DNA of 64,000 nucleotides from an uncultured Verrucomicrobiae bacterium (GTDB lineage Bacteria; Verrucomicrobiota; Verrucomicrobiia; Chthoniobacterales; JAFAMB01). Within the stretch, counting starts at the first letter, position 1. Each line of letters begins with the position of its first letter. The translations under genes and the position numbers were made by a program. This document shows positions 62,258 to 64,000 of the stretch, in pieces. The stretch is from positions 128,001-192,000 of the forward strand of contig CAWEXO010000001.1 in assembly GCA_963813025.1 (NCBI GenBank). The letters are read 5' to 3'. A model generated the notes under the pieces. That model was not told the origin of the DNA, did not search any database, and worked only from the letters and a program-made list of their open reading frames with translations.

Positions 62258-62712
62258 CCCCCTTCAGGGCGAGACGGCGAGGGCACGTTTTTCCCGGGGT
62301 TAAAACCCGCGGGCTGAGTCCTGCAGTCCCTTCGGGACCAAAGTCCGACACCGGCATCTTGGATCTGTCGGACTTTGGGTAATCTGTAGGCGCGCAATCG
62401 AGGTACCGTTCGGAAGGGAGGTTAGAAACGTGTCCCAACGCGTCTTGGCTCCGTGTTGGTAGGGCGAAAATTCATTCGAGCGCCAGGCGAGAACTTGTTT
62501 GAGCCGTCTGGAGTGGGTGGCTCATCCCAGCGTCCGGCTCGAATAAAGAGATTGTCTCGCAAACACCAACGTCGGTAGGGTCAAGCTCCCGCTTGACCTC
62601 CTTGGTGTTGGATCAATCTGGATCCGGACGAGCTGGAGCTCGTCCCTACCGCCAATCGCTTGATGGCGCGCTACGAATTACCCCAAAGTCCGACACCGGC
62701 ATCTTGCCGGTG
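62258..62712. repeat. Composite repeat: CCCTTCRGG-type REP plus a TGTCGGACT MITE with nested REPs
   Basis: TGTCGGACTTTGGGTAAT ... ATTACCCCAAAGTCCGACA; CCAAAGTCCGACACCGGCATCTTG is duplicated at ~62338 and ~62683. Confidence 0.85.
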
Positions 62713-62716
62713 AATC

Positions 62717-64000
62717 TCAAACGTTTCCGATCACCTTGGCGCATTCCAGGAACCGGCAAAACGCATTGGCCAACATCATTTGCCTTGGCGTCTTGCATTC
62801 CACATCGAATAAAGCCGGGCTGGCGACCAGGACGACAATACATCGCGCGCGCGAGATGGCGACGTTCAGCCGGTTGGAACTGTACAAGAATTCCATGCCG
62901 CGCGCAGCATCCTTGGGCGTAGAGGTAGCCATGGAATAGAAGACCACCGGAGCTTCTTGTCCCTGAAACTTGTCGACGGTGCCAACCCTTGACCCGGCGG
63001 CCAATCGCGCCCGGAGCTTGGCTACCTGGACGTTGTAAGGCGCCACGATCAGGATGTCTTCCGAGGTGAGCGAGCGGATCGCGCCGTTCTTGTCGGTGTA
63101 GGTCGGGCCGGCCCCGAGTAGACCGTCGATCAGCGCTGCGATGCGATCCACTTCCTCCGGTGATTCGCTCCGGTTTCCCTCATGCACAACCGGAACGAAC
63201 CGGAGGCCGGTGCCGTCCAGCGGCCCATGGACGTTAATCCGTTGCCGTTCGTTTTCCGGCCGCGGCTGTAGCCGACCCTCGTAAAACGTTTGTGAGGTAA
63301 AGACACAAACATCCGGGTGCAACCGGTAGGTTTCAGCGAGGAATAAGCCTTGTTCCGGGCTGATTGTTTCGTGACCCTGCAGCAGGTGACTGAACGCGGT
63401 GCCGTCCGCGCCCAACGGATGGACCCCTTTCTGCGGCTGCTCAAGCTGTTGCGGGTCACCCAGCAAGACCAGGCTCGTCGCAGCCGGTGACACCGCCAAA
63501 ACGTTGGCCAACGACATCTGGGCGGCTTCGTCCACGAAAAGGACGTCGATCGATTCGATCATTTCTTCCGCTGCCCAAAGCCACGCCGTGCCTGCGCCGA
63601 TCTGCGCTTTGCCATTCCGAAAAAGCTCGAGCACCCGGGCGTTGCTCGTTGCCTGCGAAACAGCGGGATGTTGACACTGATCTTTCCCGTCCGCTTTCTG
63701 CACAACCCGGAGCGACACGCTCGTTTTTTCTCCAACCCGACAAATTTCTTCCAAGAGGTTACTGATCACCTTGTGGCTGTTGGCCGTGACGCCGACCCGA
63801 AAGCCGTTTTTGACCAGCTCAAGAATCATGCGTGCACCCACGAAGGTCTTGCCCGCACCCGGCGGTCCTTGGACCGGCAAAACTGTCGGCTGTCTGGCAA
63901 GAGACAACACGAGGCTCCTGGCAGCGGAGGTGAGCTGCCCGTTTTCGTCACAAAAGGAGCCCAGCCGGCCTCCAAGCAATTGAGGCGGGCGCCCAAGCAG
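62717..64000 (-). CDS. Upf1/DNA2-like SF1 helicase C-terminus (probably a TM0106-family RecB-like nuclease-helicase), 5'-partial
   Basis: QGPPGAGKT, VDEAAQ, GDPQQL, TYRLHP, APYNVQV, GTVDKFQGQE, RLNVAISRA. Confidence 0.88.
   Translation of the reverse strand: MLGRPPQLLGGRLGSFCDENGQLTSAARSLVLSLARQPTVLPVQGPPGAGKTFVGARMILELVKNGFRVGVTANSHKVISNLLEEICRVGEKTSVSLRVVQKADGKDQCQHPAVSQATSNARVLELFRNGKAQIGAGTAWLWAAEEMIESIDVLFVDEAAQMSLANVLAVSPAATSLVLLGDPQQLEQPQKGVHPLGADGTAFSHLLQGHETISPEQGLFLAETYRLHPDVCVFTSQTFYEGRLQPRPENERQRINVHGPLDGTGLRFVPVVHEGNRSESPEEVDRIAALIDGLLGAGPTYTDKNGAIRSLTSEDILIVAPYNVQVAKLRARLAAGSRVGTVDKFQGQEAPVVFYSMATSTPKDAARGMEFLYSSNRLNVAISRARCIVVLVASPALFDVECKTPRQMMLANAFCRFLECAKVIGNV

Overview
A GC-rich bacterial window. 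The style of the Ser/Thr kinase and ECF sigma genes suggests a soil Verrucomicrobiota (Chthoniobacterales-like) genome; this is inference only. It is dominated by carbohydrate catabolism: (1) a D-apiose/D-apionate-type cluster (apnL-like, internally deleted apsD-like, apnO, oiaC-like) followed by a PanE-like reductase, an MBL hydrolase, a Zn-dehydrogenase and an FAH-family gene; (2) a deoxyribose-type cluster (ABC importer, ribokinase, SorC/DeoR-type regulator fragment, deoC, two-domain ALDH); (3) an uncharacterised operon of DeoR, ABC importer, ADP-dependent kinase, LacD-type aldolase and AroE-like dehydrogenase; (4) a third, high-GC sugar ABC importer. Other genes are ddl, an amidase_3, nagB-PIG-L, cls, an ECF sigma/Ser-Thr kinase-FGE/DUF3365 heme-protein module and the 3' part of an SF1 helicase. 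An IS481 and an IS256 element sit side by side, both with target-site duplications. The most unusual non-coding feature is a dense family of nested palindromic repeats: GTAG-type REP doublets, two classes of MITE-like elements and 7-, 9/10- and 13-bp tandem runs, which often lie next to truncated gene remnants. A decayed RAYT/Y1 HUH transposase remnant is also present. Many genes carry single +1 frameshifts that may be long-read errors. No rRNA, tRNA or CRISPR array was recognised. All protein calls are by motif recognition, not database searches.
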